Source of the DNA: Octopus vulgaris
Lineage: Eukaryota
NCBI GenBank assembly: GCA_951406725.2
Contig: OX597836.1
Location: 18,910,001 to 18,974,000 of the forward strand
Direction of reading: 5' to 3'
Length of the DNA stretch: 64,000 nucleotides
This document shows, one piece after another, positions 27,131 through 40,491 of this stretch. The notes beneath the pieces are model-generated. The model was not told the origin of the DNA, made no database searches, and worked only from the letters and a program-made list of their open reading frames with translations. The position numbers and the translations under genes are program-made. The stretch's first letter is position 1; the number at the start of each line of letters is the position of its first letter.

Positions 27131-27378
27131 ATATCACTTGATCACTTTGACCGATCAGTCCGTCAGGCGTCCATTTGACACCGCTGGTCACAGCACGCTG
27201 TCCACTCCTCTCTGGATCGCGCCTTTCTCATCCACGTGATCCCAATCGTCCTCCTGAAATCGTAATTCCACCGTCGTGGAGGTCTTCCAGGTGGTCTTTT
27301 CCGCTCACGCGGGTACCACTCGACAACTGCGTACGTCCACCGATTATCGGTGAGCCGGGCGACGTGTCCAGCCCATCT
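27131..27378 (-). mobile_element. 5'-truncated RTE-clade LINE 3' end, open frame to stop
   Basis: 27378-27163 translates RWAGHVARLTDNRWTYAVVEWYPRERKRPPGRPPRRWNYDFRRTIGITWMRKARSREEWTACCDQRCQMDA* (RTE WAGHV..R..GRP..RW signature). Short 3'UTR ends in GTGATCAAGTGATA. Confidence 0.9.
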
Positions 27379-27699
27379 ATACTAAGACACGAGAAGGAGA
27401 GTGAAGCACCACAAACAAAAACCAGCACTACTCCATATATTACTAAAAATATTGTAAAAGGATAAAACTCGTTCCTGATTTTCCGGATTTTTTTCGCGGA
27501 TATACTCCCCACTGGACGGGACGCCGGTCTATCGCAAGAATACTCATTCATACAGGTGCAACGCCCATTTCACAATCTTACGGTCATGAATCGAAACCAC
27601 AATCTTACGATCATGAATCCAACACGCTAACCACTAAGCCACGCACCTCCAAATACTACTGGTACTGTTTTACTTTTATATCCCATGCCCTGTTTATTT

Positions 27700-27930
27700 C
27701 GATCAGCGGATTGTCCTCCACCACCTGTGAAGGCTAAGGAAAGGCAAGAGAGTGAGAAAGTGGTTGGTGCTCCACTCCCCGTGGCGGCTGAGGAAAAGCA
27801 CAAGGAGGAGAGTGAAGAGGCACCTCAGACAAAAACCAGTACCAGCGTCGAAGAGGAGGTGGACAATGAATGGGAAACAGCCGAGGAAAAGAGAAGAGAG
27901 AGGGGGAAATGGCACACGCTCTAAATGACG
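27700..27930 (+). mobile_element. possible retroelement ORF1 C-terminal fragment (E/K-rich)
   Basis: KAKERQESEKVVGAPLPVAAEEKHKEESEEAPQTKTSTSVEEEVDNEWETAEEKRRERGK, with a partial copy at ~27390-27428 and no splice signals. The assignment is inference. Confidence 0.35.
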
Positions 27931-28632
27931 ACCCCCATCCTACACCCACCCGACTCACACCCACACCCACTTCACCCCAACCGCTCTCTACACACTCCAG
28001 CCCTCTCCATGCCCCACCTGACATGAAGACAAACACAAGCACACAGGAGCCCCAAATTTTGTCACGCTCACCCGTTTTCTATCTGTCTATCTCTCTCTCC
28101 CTCTTCCTCCTTTACTCTCTCTCGTTGCTCACATGTGACCACCGTCCATCTTTCCTTTCCTCGCGTGATCATCTTTCTTTTCCCTCAGTCTGTTGTGCAG
28201 TCCAGACGCATTCCTGTCTGTCTCCTCTCCTATCTTTTCTATGAAAGAATCTTCTTCCAGCGTTCACTACCTTACCTCGTCTTTACCTAACAGCCCTCCC
28301 AGTTTGTATTCGGTTCGTTTGGTTTCTTGTATGTCTTGTTTTTGTTACCAGCTTTGACCCACCGCACATCCCAAATTTTATTTTGGTTCACGGGAGCAAC
28401 TGCCTTCAAAGTCTTATCTTATCGTTCATTGCTCGAAATAAGGAGTAGAAAGACAGCCGACAACTGATGAATGGTCGTTTTTTATGCTACTTGTCTTGTT
28501 TCCATTTGTTTCTCTTACGTATTCAACGTTATTTTCGTATTTCATGTTGTTTACGTTCTGTGACATTCTGTACCCATATATGCAAACCTATATACATCCA
28601 TATGTATGCATGTACATATGTGTATGTATATA

Positions 28633-28685
<53 letters not shown>

Positions 28686-28833
28686 GTATGTATGTATGTA
28701 TGTATGTATGTATGTATGTATGTATGTATGTATGTATGTATAAAATTAATTAAGAGTAAAAATTGATATTAATCAATTAAAAACAGTGGCCTAGCATATT
28801 TTTAAAGAATCCGAAGATTAAAAATTTTTTTCC

Positions 28834-29106
28834 ATACAAAATTTAGAGGACTGACCACTAAAAGTGGACAGACTGTTTGCTAGATATAGACGTCAAAATC
28901 ACCATTTTCCACGAAGAATGAGTTCTCAAGAAAAAAATTCAGCAAAAAACCGAAGTGTAAAAATATTTGTCTTGCTTATTTTTACACTTTGGTTTTTTGC
29001 TGAATTTTTTTTTGAGAACACATTCTTCGTGTAAAATGGCGATTTTGACGTCTATATCTAGCATACAGGCTGTCCACTTTTAGTGGTCAGTCTTCTAAAT
29101 TTTGTA
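28834..29106. repeat. fold-back element, ~130 bp arms, ending in (TA)n
   Basis: ATACAAAATTTAGAGGACTGACCACTAAAAGTGGACAG versus CTGTCCACTTTTAGTGGTCAGTCTTCTAAATTTTGTAT. Confidence 0.9.
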
Positions 29107-29120
29107 TATATATATATATA

Positions 29121-29533
29121 CTCTTTTACTCTTTTACTCTTTTACTTGCTTCAGTCATTTGACTGTGGCCATGCTGGAGCACCGCCTTTAGTCGAGCGAA
29201 TCGACCCCGGGACTTATTCTTTGTAAGCCCAGTACTTATTCTATCAGTCTCTTTTGCCGAACCGCTAAGTGACGGGGACGTAAACACACCAGCATCGGTT
29301 GTCAAGCAATGCTAGGGGGACAAACACAGACATACAAACACACACACATACATATATATATATATACATATATACGACAGGCTTCTTTCAGTTTCCGTCT
29401 ACCAAATCCACTCACAAGGCATTGGTCGGCCCGGGGCTATAGCAGAAGACACTTGCCCAAGATGCCACGCAGTGGGACTGAACCCGGAACCATGTGGTTG
29501 TTTAGCAAGATACTTACCACACAGCCACTCCTG
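29121..29533 (-). mobile_element. SINE family B, near full length
   Basis: Matches 23335-23754. Confidence 0.92.
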
Positions 29534-29861
29534 ATATATTATTTATAAATATATACATGTATGGAAGTGTATCTGACTATCTGTCTGCTTGTCTGTTTGT
29601 TGTATGTATGTATGTATGTATGTATGTATGTATGTATGTATGTATATATGTATGTATGCATGCATGCATTTCCACGTGATTGCGTGAGTTCGCAGGAATT
29701 GCGTGTCAGCATAATCCAAACGAAATATTGCATTAGATTGTGCTCCGGAGGTAAAATGCTTCATCGCATCAACCATTAGTCGGCCATTAGTTGGCGCTGT
29801 GATCGGCTGGTAACGCCTGAAATCCTCGTAAACTACTTTGGAAAGATGAAAGAAACAAATA

Positions 29862-29862
<1 letters not shown>

Positions 29863-29934
<72 letters not shown>
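29863..29934. repeat. (TAG)n microsatellite
   Basis: Direct reading. Confidence 0.95.
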
Positions 29935-29935
<1 letters not shown>

Positions 29936-29978
29936 AATTTTAAATGAAGCATTGAGGAAAAATTCTCATGCGCAGATG

Positions 29979-30046
<68 letters not shown>

Positions 30047-30173
30047 TATATATATATATTTATTTATTTATTTATTTATAGGCACAAACATTGGTGTGCA
30101 CATACACATATATACACAATATATATATATGTGTGTGTGTGTGTGTGGTTGAGTGTGTGCATTATTTATGCAA

Positions 30174-30221
<48 letters not shown>

Positions 30222-30552
30222 TTATATATATATATGTGTAAAGATATACGTATAGGTGTGTGTATACACGTATAAATATAAATATGTATATATTACATGT
30301 TTGTGTATGTGTATGTTTGAATATCAGAATACAGAATTACATATAAGCATGTATATGTCTATATACACAACAGTGTTTTAGCGTATATGTGCATGCGTTT
30401 GTGTGTATGTGTGTGTGTGTCTATGTATATCTAAGTATGTATATGTATATGTTCCTGTGTATACTCGCCAATGTAAGACATGCATACATACATGCATACA
30501 TACTTACATACATACTTACTTACATACATATATACATACACACACACACACA

Positions 30553-30609
<57 letters not shown>

Positions 30610-30613
<4 letters not shown>

Positions 30614-30812
30614 AAACATGAAAACACAAAGAGAAAACACAGCAGCGCGAGGACGTGGAACAAGTATAGAGTTATTGGACGCTCAGGAAAGGAAAGAAAG
30701 AAGGAGGATTTAACGTTTCGAGCGGAGCTCTTCGTCAGAAAAATAGGAAAAGGAAAGGTCCAAGGAAGGGAAGACGAGGGGGGAAAAATCGCCAACGATA
30801 CACACGCGGTCA
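30610..30812 (-). mobile_element. PLE pLTR-like fragment with hammerhead-like motif at 30709-30741
   Basis: UUU-CUGACGA-A-GAGC(UCC)GCUC-GAAAC-GUU|-AAA, with an AACGUU palindrome at stem III. Confidence 0.65.
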
Positions 30813-31305
30813 CAGTTCATTTGCCAATAGGATGTGGCGGTCCTATAAAGGACGATATTATAGTTGTTTAAGCCTCAGGAAACCGTCTTTTCTGGTTGGC
30901 TATCGACACACAGTCTGTGTCCGTATAGTGTTTGCAAGGGAGGTCATCGCTCCCATCTGCAGCCTTACGTGATACTTACAGACCATGGTTTCTGAGTGAT
31001 TACCCGTCTTCAGTGTCATACACCCGCTAGTTATTGATGAAAACTTTCTCCACTCGCAAATACTGTATATTCTTGAAGCGGCACACACACGCTGATCTCG
31101 TATAGTGAAAGACAACTTGGTTTAAATTTCTCAGCGAGAGATATACAGTAACAGTAGCGAATAGTAAAGTTTATTTGCCAACAGAATGTGGCGGTCCTAT
31201 AGAGGACAATGTTACTGTTGTTTTAGAACCAGGAAATCATCATATATATATCATATATATATCATATATATATATATATCATATATATCATATGTATATA
31301 TATAT

Positions 31306-31372
<67 letters not shown>

Positions 31373-31632
31373 GGATAGATGGATATGTGTAATGTGTATG
31401 ATATATGTTAGAGGTTATGCAACCATCTAAGGGATAGATGTATCCGTAGGCACTCTAGGTGTATTACCTCAGTATGTATGGTTCTTGTTATAAGGTATAC
31501 AGTAGTAGGTAATTTAAAGGTAAAACCGTGGTTTAATATATAGAGAGACGATAAGAAATAGGTCAATAATTAACAATGAGAAGTGGATCATTGGTGTTTT
31601 AAAGTCATTATTTAATTATCCTCTCTCTCTGT

Positions 31633-31701
<69 letters not shown>

Positions 31702-32393
31702 CTGTCTAAGTATATCTTTGTATTTTATATACACTCTAATGTGTGTCTATCTGTATGACTATTAAATCTATGTATGTGTGTACATGTATGTCTATGTGTG
31801 TGTGTGTGTCTGTTTGTCTATAGGTGTGTATGTGTGTGTGTAATATATATGTGACAACTGATTTAAAGACGCTAATAAGTCGAGACAGTAGTTGATGACA
31901 CCCACATCAACGTCTAATTCTACACAAACTGCAATTATTGAGACTTAGTACCGTCTTGTAAATCGCTTTCTCTATCATTTTTGGTTTAAACACCTCCTCA
32001 CACGCCACCACACGCCCACATCAGCTGCACCTCCGCCAACATCATGCACCCACATCAACACCACAACTACCACCACCATCTCGATCACCAGCACCTTCTT
32101 CATTATCAGTAACTGCGCTGCCACCATCACCACAACCATTACCACTGCCACCATCACCACAACTACCTCCACCACCACAGCCATTAGCATCACCAACACC
32201 ACCACCTCCAACACCATCGCGTATAAAACCTTCAGTGAAAACCGTCATTCATATCTGTTAACTCCTCTCTGCACAAATTGCTTTTGAACTAAAATTGTAA
32301 TTAATGTTTCAATTTTAATTAATTACGGCATTCCGTCTGCTTTCATAGTGGATGGATACTTACTACTATAGCTACTACCACCAACACCACACC

Positions 32394-32425
<32 letters not shown>

Positions 32426-32463
32426 ATGCATAACTCTTCTTCGGTATATTAATGCAGCATAAA

Positions 32464-32502
<39 letters not shown>

Positions 32503-32507
<5 letters not shown>

Positions 32508-32615
32508 CCTGCTCGCTTAGCCAGCGGGGTGGCGTCATTCGAAGGCTAAAACAATGCGGACGCATTGTGACCAGCGATGTGTAACAACATCTGATGGTCT
32601 GGTCGGTCACGTGAT

Positions 32616-32623
<8 letters not shown>
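32503..32623 (+). mobile_element. SINE family C 3' tail inserted in (TA)n
   Basis: TTGGCCTGCTCGCTTAGCCAGCGGGG..GGTCACGTGATCACGTGATA. Confidence 0.85.
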
Positions 32624-32687
<64 letters not shown>

Positions 32688-32689
32688 GT

Positions 32690-32935
32690 AAAAGTAAAAA
32701 AATATACAAACTGGGACAAGAACGTGAAACATTTAGAAGACGACGCAAAAAACACGGACGGGACATTCGAAGCCTTCAATCTTCAGTCAAGAACCGGATC
32801 ATCTTCGCAATTTCGGCTGATTAATCTTGAGATTGCTCCGACCTGGGCAGCCCCCAAAGGAAAATCTAAGCCAAGCGCATTAGATTCCTTGGAAGAAAGC
32901 CTCGAATGTATACAAAACAAGGACGGAAAATGGAC
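32690..32935 (-). mobile_element. TA-embedded repeat (PLE pLTR-like), paralog of 46310-46610
   Basis: Shared GCAATTTCGGCTGATTA..GAGATTGCTCC..ATTCCTTGGAAG..CGAATGTATAC.AAA.CAAGGACGGAAAA. Confidence 0.65.
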
Positions 32936-32987
<52 letters not shown>

Positions 32988-32990
<3 letters not shown>

Positions 32991-33173
32991 GTTGGCGATT
33001 TTTTCCCTATGTCTTCCCTTCTCTGGATCTTTCCTTCTCCTATGTTTCCGACGAAGAGCTCCGCTCGAAACGTTAAATCCTCCTTCTTTCCCTCTTTCCT
33101 GAACGTCCAGTAATACTATATTTCTTCCACGTCCTCGCGTTGTTGTGTTTTTGGTGCTTTCATGTTTGGATTA

Positions 33174-33177
<4 letters not shown>
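32988..33177 (+). mobile_element. PLE pLTR-like fragment (family of 2152 and 30610)
   Basis: CCGACGAAGAGCTCCGCTCGAAACGTTAAA (core U4 mutated). Confidence 0.65.
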
Positions 33178-33229
<52 letters not shown>

Positions 33230-33237
33230 TATCTGAT

Positions 33238-33950
33238 AGACTCTCCCGTCAATGATGACGTATGAGTGTGCCGCTTTTTGCCGAACGACCTGTACAAATC
33301 ATTTGTTGATAATGATCATAAATGTTCGTGCAGCACATTAGGTCACTCCCGCCATCAAATCGACGTTGCCTGAACAGATGCACGGTGTACCTATTTCTTT
33401 ACTACCCACAAGGGGCTAAACACAGAGGGGACAAACAAGGACAGACAAATGGATTAAGTCGATTATATCGAACCCAGTGCGTAACTGGTTCTTAATTTAT
33501 CGAAACCCGAAAGGATGAAAGGCAAAGTCGACCTCGGCGGAATTTGAACTCAGAGCGTAAAGGTAGACGAAATACCTATTTCTTTACTACCCACAAGGGG
33601 CTAAACACAAAGAGGACAAACAAGGACAGACAGACGGATTAAGTCGATTATATCGACCCCAGTGCGTAACTGGTACTTATTTAATCGACCCCCGAAAGGA
33701 TGAAAGGCAAAGTCGACCTCGGTGGAATTTGAACTCAGAATGTAACGGCAGACGAAATACCGCAAAGCATTTCGCCCGGCGTGCTAACGTTTCTGCCAGC
33801 TCGCCGCCTTGTACAGATGCACGGTGTAACCACATATCGGATGTCGAAGTGATCGCAGAGCAACGTGAGATGAACACAACACATCACCCGGTCTAAGATT
33901 TGAACCAAGAATCTCACAATTATGAGTGCAACACTCTAACCACTAGGTCA
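33238..33950 (-). mobile_element. SINE family E interrupted by a SINE A (33390-33808) with 16-bp TSD
   Basis: ACAGATGCACGGTGTA is duplicated at 33374-33389 and 33813-33828. The flanks rejoin to match the uninterrupted copy at 56676-56945. Confidence 0.85.
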
Positions 33951-33992
33951 TATTAGTGGACAAAGGAAAGTGACGCTCAACACATTTGATAT

Positions 33993-34201
33993 ATTTCTTT
34001 ATTGCCCACAAGGAGCTAAATACAGAGGAGACAAACAAGGACAGACAAAGGGAATAAGTCGATTACATCGACCCCAGTGCGTAACTGGTAGTTAATTGAG
34101 TTTTCGCTCAATAAACACTCACAACGCCCGATCTGGGAATCGAAACCGCGATCCTAAGACCGCGAGTCCACTGCCTTAACCACTAGGCCATTGCGCCTCC
34201 A
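33993..34201 (-). mobile_element. chimeric SINE: family C head joined to family A tail
   Basis: 34096-34201 is the reverse complement of the family C head. 33993-34095 is the reverse complement of the family A tail. Confidence 0.75.
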
Positions 34202-34613
34202 CAATGATGACAACGATGGAGGCGATGACCATCACCATCACCATCATCAGCATCGTCATCAGCCTCACCACCTACGCCATCAATAATCATCATAATATAG
34301 ACAACGAGGAGGAATGTGATGGTCATGATGATGATGATGATGATACTTGCCGAGATAAGACGCCAATGAAAATGGCTACAAGGATTAAGATTTGATAAGG
34401 CGATGACGTCATCAAATCTGAATTAATGATGAGATTATAGGCGATATTTCTAATACACATACATCTTCATATAGATGTGTACGTGCGTGTGTAAGTGTGT
34501 ATGTGCGTATATGAATAGATGTACATAGGTATGTGTCTATGCATTTGTGTGTGTGTGTGTATGAGTGTGTGTGTGTGTATGTGTGCATCTGTTGTATATA
34601 ATTATGTGTGTTG

Positions 34614-34654
<41 letters not shown>

Positions 34655-34665
34655 CATATATATAC

Positions 34666-34712
<47 letters not shown>

Positions 34713-34741
34713 TATATTATATGTGTATATATGTATATATG

Positions 34742-34871
<130 letters not shown>

Positions 34872-35650
34872 TATACTTAGATGGTATTGATCCGTGTGTT
34901 GCATTGTTAATTTGTGTTTATACATATGCATACACATATACATACATATGTGTGCGTGGGCGTGTGTATGTGTGTGAGAGAGGGGGAGAGAGAGGGAGAG
35001 AGAGAAAGGGCTGATCCATTGCAAATTCCATTGCTATAAATTCTGCATTACAAGAAATTCTTCAGCAACTGAAACAATGCGATTCGAATTGAGATACAAC
35101 TTGGGGCTAGCCCGTCTTTAATTTTTATTCCTCCATGGACACACAAATACAATGCATATAATGTATTATGTATACAATTTTATAGATTCCACTCTGTTAA
35201 ATGTATATTATAAATGCATACTACACAATATGTGACACATATACCTAAAACAAAGCCTTCGACTTTTTCTCTCCCAAGGGTTTTTAACCCAATATTTACA
35301 CGCTGTAATTTATAGCTTTATCTGCTTGGAGATGCATAGTTCCTAAAAAGAATTATTTCACGTCCTTTAAGTTTCAACGTAAATAATATACAAATTCTTA
35401 CTGGTGAAAATATAATTTCTAAAATGGAGAAATTAGAAGGGTTCCTTTGGTCCGATGGTAGACCATCTGTCATGTTTACAGATGTGCGTATGTGTACGTA
35501 TGTGTGATTGGGTGTATGTTTGCATATTAAGCCAACGAGCCGTGAGACAACTCAATCTTGGTGAAGATTCAAATTGTTTCTCTGTAGCAATTCAGATAGC
35601 GCCATAGCTTTGCCATCGGTTTTCATGTATGCAGCAGTGTTTACCTAAGG

Positions 35651-35851
35651 CAGTGCTTTTCGAACTTTTTGCTGAAGTGGAACCCCAAGGAAACGTTCCA
35701 CTGGCTCGAGGAACCCCTGTGCAATAATTTAATTGTCTTATGCACACATATCTGCACAGAAGAATTAAAAATTACTGTCGATTTTAGCATTTTTGTAACT
35801 TCTTGCGGAACCCCTGGACTGTACTGGCGGAACCCTGGTTGAAAACCACTG
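35651..35851. mobile_element. hAT-superfamily MITE
   Basis: CAGTGCTTTTCGAAC and GGTTGAAAACCACTG TIRs, exact 8-bp TSD ACCTAAGG (35643-35650, 35852-35859), subterminal GGAACCC repeats. Confidence 0.9.
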
Positions 35852-36719
35852 ACCTAAGGTCTTGTTGGAAGGCTCTATGAGTCTAGGAAGACTTTATTAT
35901 CAATGTAACTTATAGGAGCTTCCAGATTTGTGGTTGCGTTACAGTTACTATAGTGATTATGTATCTCCATGTATATGTGTATAACACACGCACACACACA
36001 GACACACACACACACACACACATAGAGAGAAAAGAGAGAGAGGTGGGAGAGAGAACAACGAAAAAAAGGTAAAAAATTATTAATTTAATTAAATATAGCA
36101 AACAAAAACAAATTTATATAAAAACAATAAAAAACAAGAGACTGAACGATTATTTTATGGGAAGAAAATAACGAGAGAAAATTTTAACGAAGAATGAATA
36201 AAAAGAGAGAAAGAGATAAAGAGAATGAGGGATATAAAAAAGAGAAGTATATGAGGGGCAAAAGAAATAGAGGGAATGAAGGGGAGGAGAAAGAGAGTGA
36301 ATGAGAAGGGAAAGAGAGACAGTGAATGAGAGAAAGAGGTGGAATGTGGGGGAAAAAAGATACGAGGAATGAGGGAGAGAAAGAGAGGGAGATAAAGAGA
36401 ATTAAAACACTGCGCGCGCGCCCGCACACAAACACACACACACACACACACACACGCAGGCGCATACATACACACACGCAGGCGCATACATACACACACG
36501 CAAACAAAACAGATTTTCATTTCGACAGAAAAGCGTTTTATTAAAAGCCATTCAACATAATTGACGATCAAAAGTCGGCCATATTGCCTTTCACATTGCT
36601 AACTTACATCCTCTCTCTTTCATCTCTCTCTATCTTTATATATATATACATATACTTATATATATATGAATGTATATATAGTATATTATTCATTATATAT
36701 ATATATATATACACACAGA

Positions 36720-36754
<35 letters not shown>

Positions 36755-36808
36755 TATGTATGTATATACACATATATATATTATATATACACACACACAA
36801 TATATATC

Positions 36809-36870
<62 letters not shown>

Positions 36871-37476
36871 ATGTATATATACTTATATATACTCATACAC
36901 ATATACACACAAACACACATACATATATATATATATGTGTGTGTATGTATGTATGTATGTATGTATACATATATATACTCATACACATATACACACAAAC
37001 ACACGTACATATACATACACGTACCGATCTATCCAACTATTTCGTACTTTTAATCCATCGATCACTCTACCCCCGCCCCCCAACCTCCTCCCTGAATCGA
37101 AACACCATTGCCCTTATGTTCTATGACGTCATTCCTTCTCGCCTACAACCATCCAATAAGCTCGTAGTTCTTTCTCTTTTTCTCTCAGCCTCCCACTCTC
37201 TCACTTTCTTATATACAAATATACATATATACATGACATATATATATACTATATACATATATACAATATATATATATATAAATATATGTATATATATATA
37301 TACGATATGTATATACATATATATATATATATCAGATTATCATTAATCCGCCCCATTGCGTCAGATTTTCTTGTGTCGTTAAGTTCCTGTTTATTAGAGA
37401 GGTGGATTTAACCATCATTTTCTTTTTCGGTTTAAAATACATGCGCGGGCGCACTTAAACATTTAAGCTAAAAGGA

Positions 37477-37566
<90 letters not shown>

Positions 37567-37752
37567 CTAGTGCGGTAGAGATAGGTGACGTGAAGCTATT
37601 AGAAATATACTCTAAAGGGGACCTGAGGATTTACAGCTAGCAGTTATTTGAACGCCTGTATAGAAACGTGCGTGCGTATTTCCATTCCTTCACTTCCCTC
37701 TGTATTTCATATCTTCTCTACAATAATTATTACCAAATCATTTTCTGGCACT

Positions 37753-37800
37753 GTCTCTGATGAAGGGATATATAAAATACCCTGGAAACAGCTGTAAGAC
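37753..37800 (+). ncRNA. minimal type I hammerhead ribozyme motif
   Basis: GUCU-CUGAUGA-AGGG..CCCU-G-GAA-ACAGCUGU-A|-AGAC: perfect 4-bp stem I, palindromic stem III, GUA triplet, one extra G before GAAA. Confidence 0.75.
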
Positions 37801-38403
37801 CTCTTTATAAATGTTCTGAAAACTATTCACAGCCTTGGATTTTTTATCTCATTCTGTTAATTATTATATATACGTGTTCTTTCTCTTCCTCAGTGAGGAT
37901 TTTCTGATTATTTCACCTTCGCCCTGTACGGTGAAGAGGTTGTAAATAGATGTTCATTTTAAGAAAAGGTGATCTGGTTCTTTTCGTGAGATTCGTGCTA
38001 GAATTCCCCCTTTACATCTCAAGGAAAGTTACTTTTTGCACATACTTGAGTTTCTATATAGATTTTCAGTATAATTTTTCTTCTATTATAATTTCATTGA
38101 GATTTAGAAAGTATTCTAGAAATATCAAATCGATCAAATCGATCTCGGTATTTGACTGGTACCATTTTCCATCGACCCACGATGAATGAAAGGTAAAAAT
38201 AGCTTCATATGGGGTTGAAATCAAAATGTAAAAGACCATATCAAAGAATCGTAGACATGTTGATGCTCTCACAATTGTTCTAATGGAATCCTAAAAATGT
38301 TTTTGGGATTTTGTGGGTTTTAATGCAAATGAAATGAATGGAACGGATTTATATGCGCGTAAATCTATATGTCGATATGTATATATGCGTATCAATGCGT
38401 GTG

Positions 38404-38474
<71 letters not shown>

Positions 38475-38476
<2 letters not shown>

Positions 38477-38780
38477 AGATGCAATGGCCCAGTGGTTAGG
38501 GCAGCGGATTCGGGGTCGTAGGATCGCGGTTTCGACTCCCAGACCGGGCGTTGTGAGTGTTTATTGAGCGAAAACACCTAAAGCTCCACGAGGTTACGGC
38601 AGGGGGTTGGTGGCGATCCCTGCTGTAGTCTTTCACCTCAACTTTCTCTCACTCTTTCTTCTGTTGGCCTGTTCGCTTAGCCAGCGGGGTGGTGTCTTTG
38701 AAGGCTAAAACAATGCGAAGCGCATTGTGACCAGCGATGTGTAGCAACATCTGATAGCCTGGTCGGTCACGGTGATCACG

Positions 38781-38785
<5 letters not shown>
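38475..38785 (+). mobile_element. SINE family C, full length
   Basis: tRNA head to GTGATCACGGTGATA tail, lying between (TG)n and (TA)n. Confidence 0.92.
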
Positions 38786-38851
<66 letters not shown>

Positions 38852-39259
38852 GTTTTATGTATGCATGTGTGTGTATGGTCGTGTGTATGTATGTATAAAT
38901 GCGCGTGTATGTACGTATATAAATATATGTATGTGCGTATGTATGATTTTTATACGAGTTAAATTTAAACTCTTAAGTAACAAAGCAACATGACTTTTTG
39001 AGCTAAGAGGGTTCCCGGTGTTTGTAAATTTGTAGTTGAGTTGATGTGTTGGTTGAACTATCGATGCATACATCTATGTGTGTGCATTTATTAACATAAG
39101 TATCTCACACGGAGATGTATGTATGCAGGCAAGTACGTATGTAAGTATGTATGTATGGTCGGGCATTTCTTTCTGGTACAGGATCATTATAAAACCTTCA
39201 AGCCATGTATGAATGATACGGATACAAAATTTAAATAGCATAAAGACTATAATCAGAGA

Positions 39260-39575
39260 ACAATTGCAGCGTGGAAGGTGTTTGTAAGCCATTTAAGAAA
39301 CACACAAAAGCCGTTCGATTCACTTCGACATTTAAGTTTAATTTGTCAAAATATTTTCGTCGCTTTAAGACCGCGACCAGTTCACTGACAAAAATCCGTG
39401 CAAACAGGTCGCGGTCTTAAAGCGACGAAAATATTTTGACAAATTAAACTTAAATGTTGAAGTGAATCGAACGGCTTTTGTGTGTTTCTTAAATGGCTTA
39501 CAAACACCTTCCACGCTGCAATTGTTTTCGTTTCAGCACACGATCTCAGATCAAATTACTTGCTATGCAAGTACA
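39260..39575. mobile_element. fold-back family Y element, ~120 bp near-perfect arms
   Basis: CAATTGCAGCGTGGAAGGTGTTTGTAAGCCATTTAAG versus CTTAAATGGCTTACAAACACCTTCCACGCTGCAATTG. Confidence 0.9.
39342..39392 (-). ncRNA. hammerhead variant with G3-C8 core
   Basis: UUUGUCA-GUGAACU-G-GUCGC(GGUCUUAAA)GCGAC-GAA-AAUAUU-U|-UGACAAA: 7-bp stem I, 5-bp stem II, palindromic stem III. Confidence 0.6.
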
Positions 39576-39765
39576 TCTCCGTAATATAATCAGAGAATTA
39601 AGAGGAAAATGTAGTTACCGTCAGACCATTGCAGTGTGCTATAGCAACCTAGTGGAATGGTCTGGTGGCAGCTACACATTTCTACAAAATCTAAAATTGA
39701 TGGCAATAATTACCCTGTATTCAACTTTATAAATATTTACATTTCATTAAAGTAAAGTGGGGAAA

Positions 39766-40128
39766 TCTCTTTATATATAAACGGCAAAATGTCTGTGTGT
39801 GTGTCCTTCATACAAATCCACAATTTTTTAGTTAGAGGGCTCACACTTTCTATGGTCATTTAAAACCGTCCAAGGGTGGTCGTGCACATCATTATATTTC
39901 CCCAGTCACCCTGCAAAGCCATTAAAAAATCAATAGAAGTGACTTTTCTGTGAATTTCTATCCAAAACCCAATCAAAATGCCCGAAAATTGATACGCCAA
40001 TTGAATGCCAGCTAGCTGTATGTGATTGGTCAGATATTTGGACAGTACTTGCGTGTATGTGCGCACGCACACAGCTGTATATGTATGCAGTAGCACTATC
40101 ACTCGGCGTTGCTGGGTCATAATGCTAG
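39766..40128 (+). mobile_element. non-autonomous Helitron
   Basis: A|TC 5' end (TCTCTTTATATATAAA..TGTCTGTG), subterminal hairpin ACTCGGC-GTT-GCTGGGT, CTAG|T 3' end, no TSD. Confidence 0.8.
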
Positions 40129-40280
40129 TATTTAAATATTTTTGTGGCCAAGTTTTCGCCGACTTCACCAACCAGGTGATCGATCAATCATAAGACAACT
40201 CATATATATACTTATGACAAGGCTACATTCACTTCGAAGATTATCAAGTAACTAACAAACCCTCTCTATATATCTTATCA

Positions 40281-40491
40281 TCGTATTTTTCGGCGTACAA
40301 GTCGAATGCTTCAGACCAAAATTTACATCCTCAAAAAATGGACGATTGACTTTTACAAAATGGCGATTTGAGAGAATCGAAAATTCCATTTGAAATGCAG
40401 CAAGATTTTGGAAAGATAGTGACGATGCTTGAATGCTTACATCAGATGCTTACACTATGTACTACGTCGACTTGTATGCCAGAAAATACGG
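40281..40491. mobile_element. Tc2/pogo-like MITE
   Basis: TIRs CGTATTTTTCGGCGTACAAGTCGA and TCGACTTGTATGCCAGAAAATACGG. Confidence 0.75.

Noticed and set aside
29696-29750. 55-nt candidate exon ELRVSIIQTKYCIRLCSG
   Set aside because: Weak pyrimidine tract and donor, and an unremarkable peptide. It cannot be distinguished from chance.
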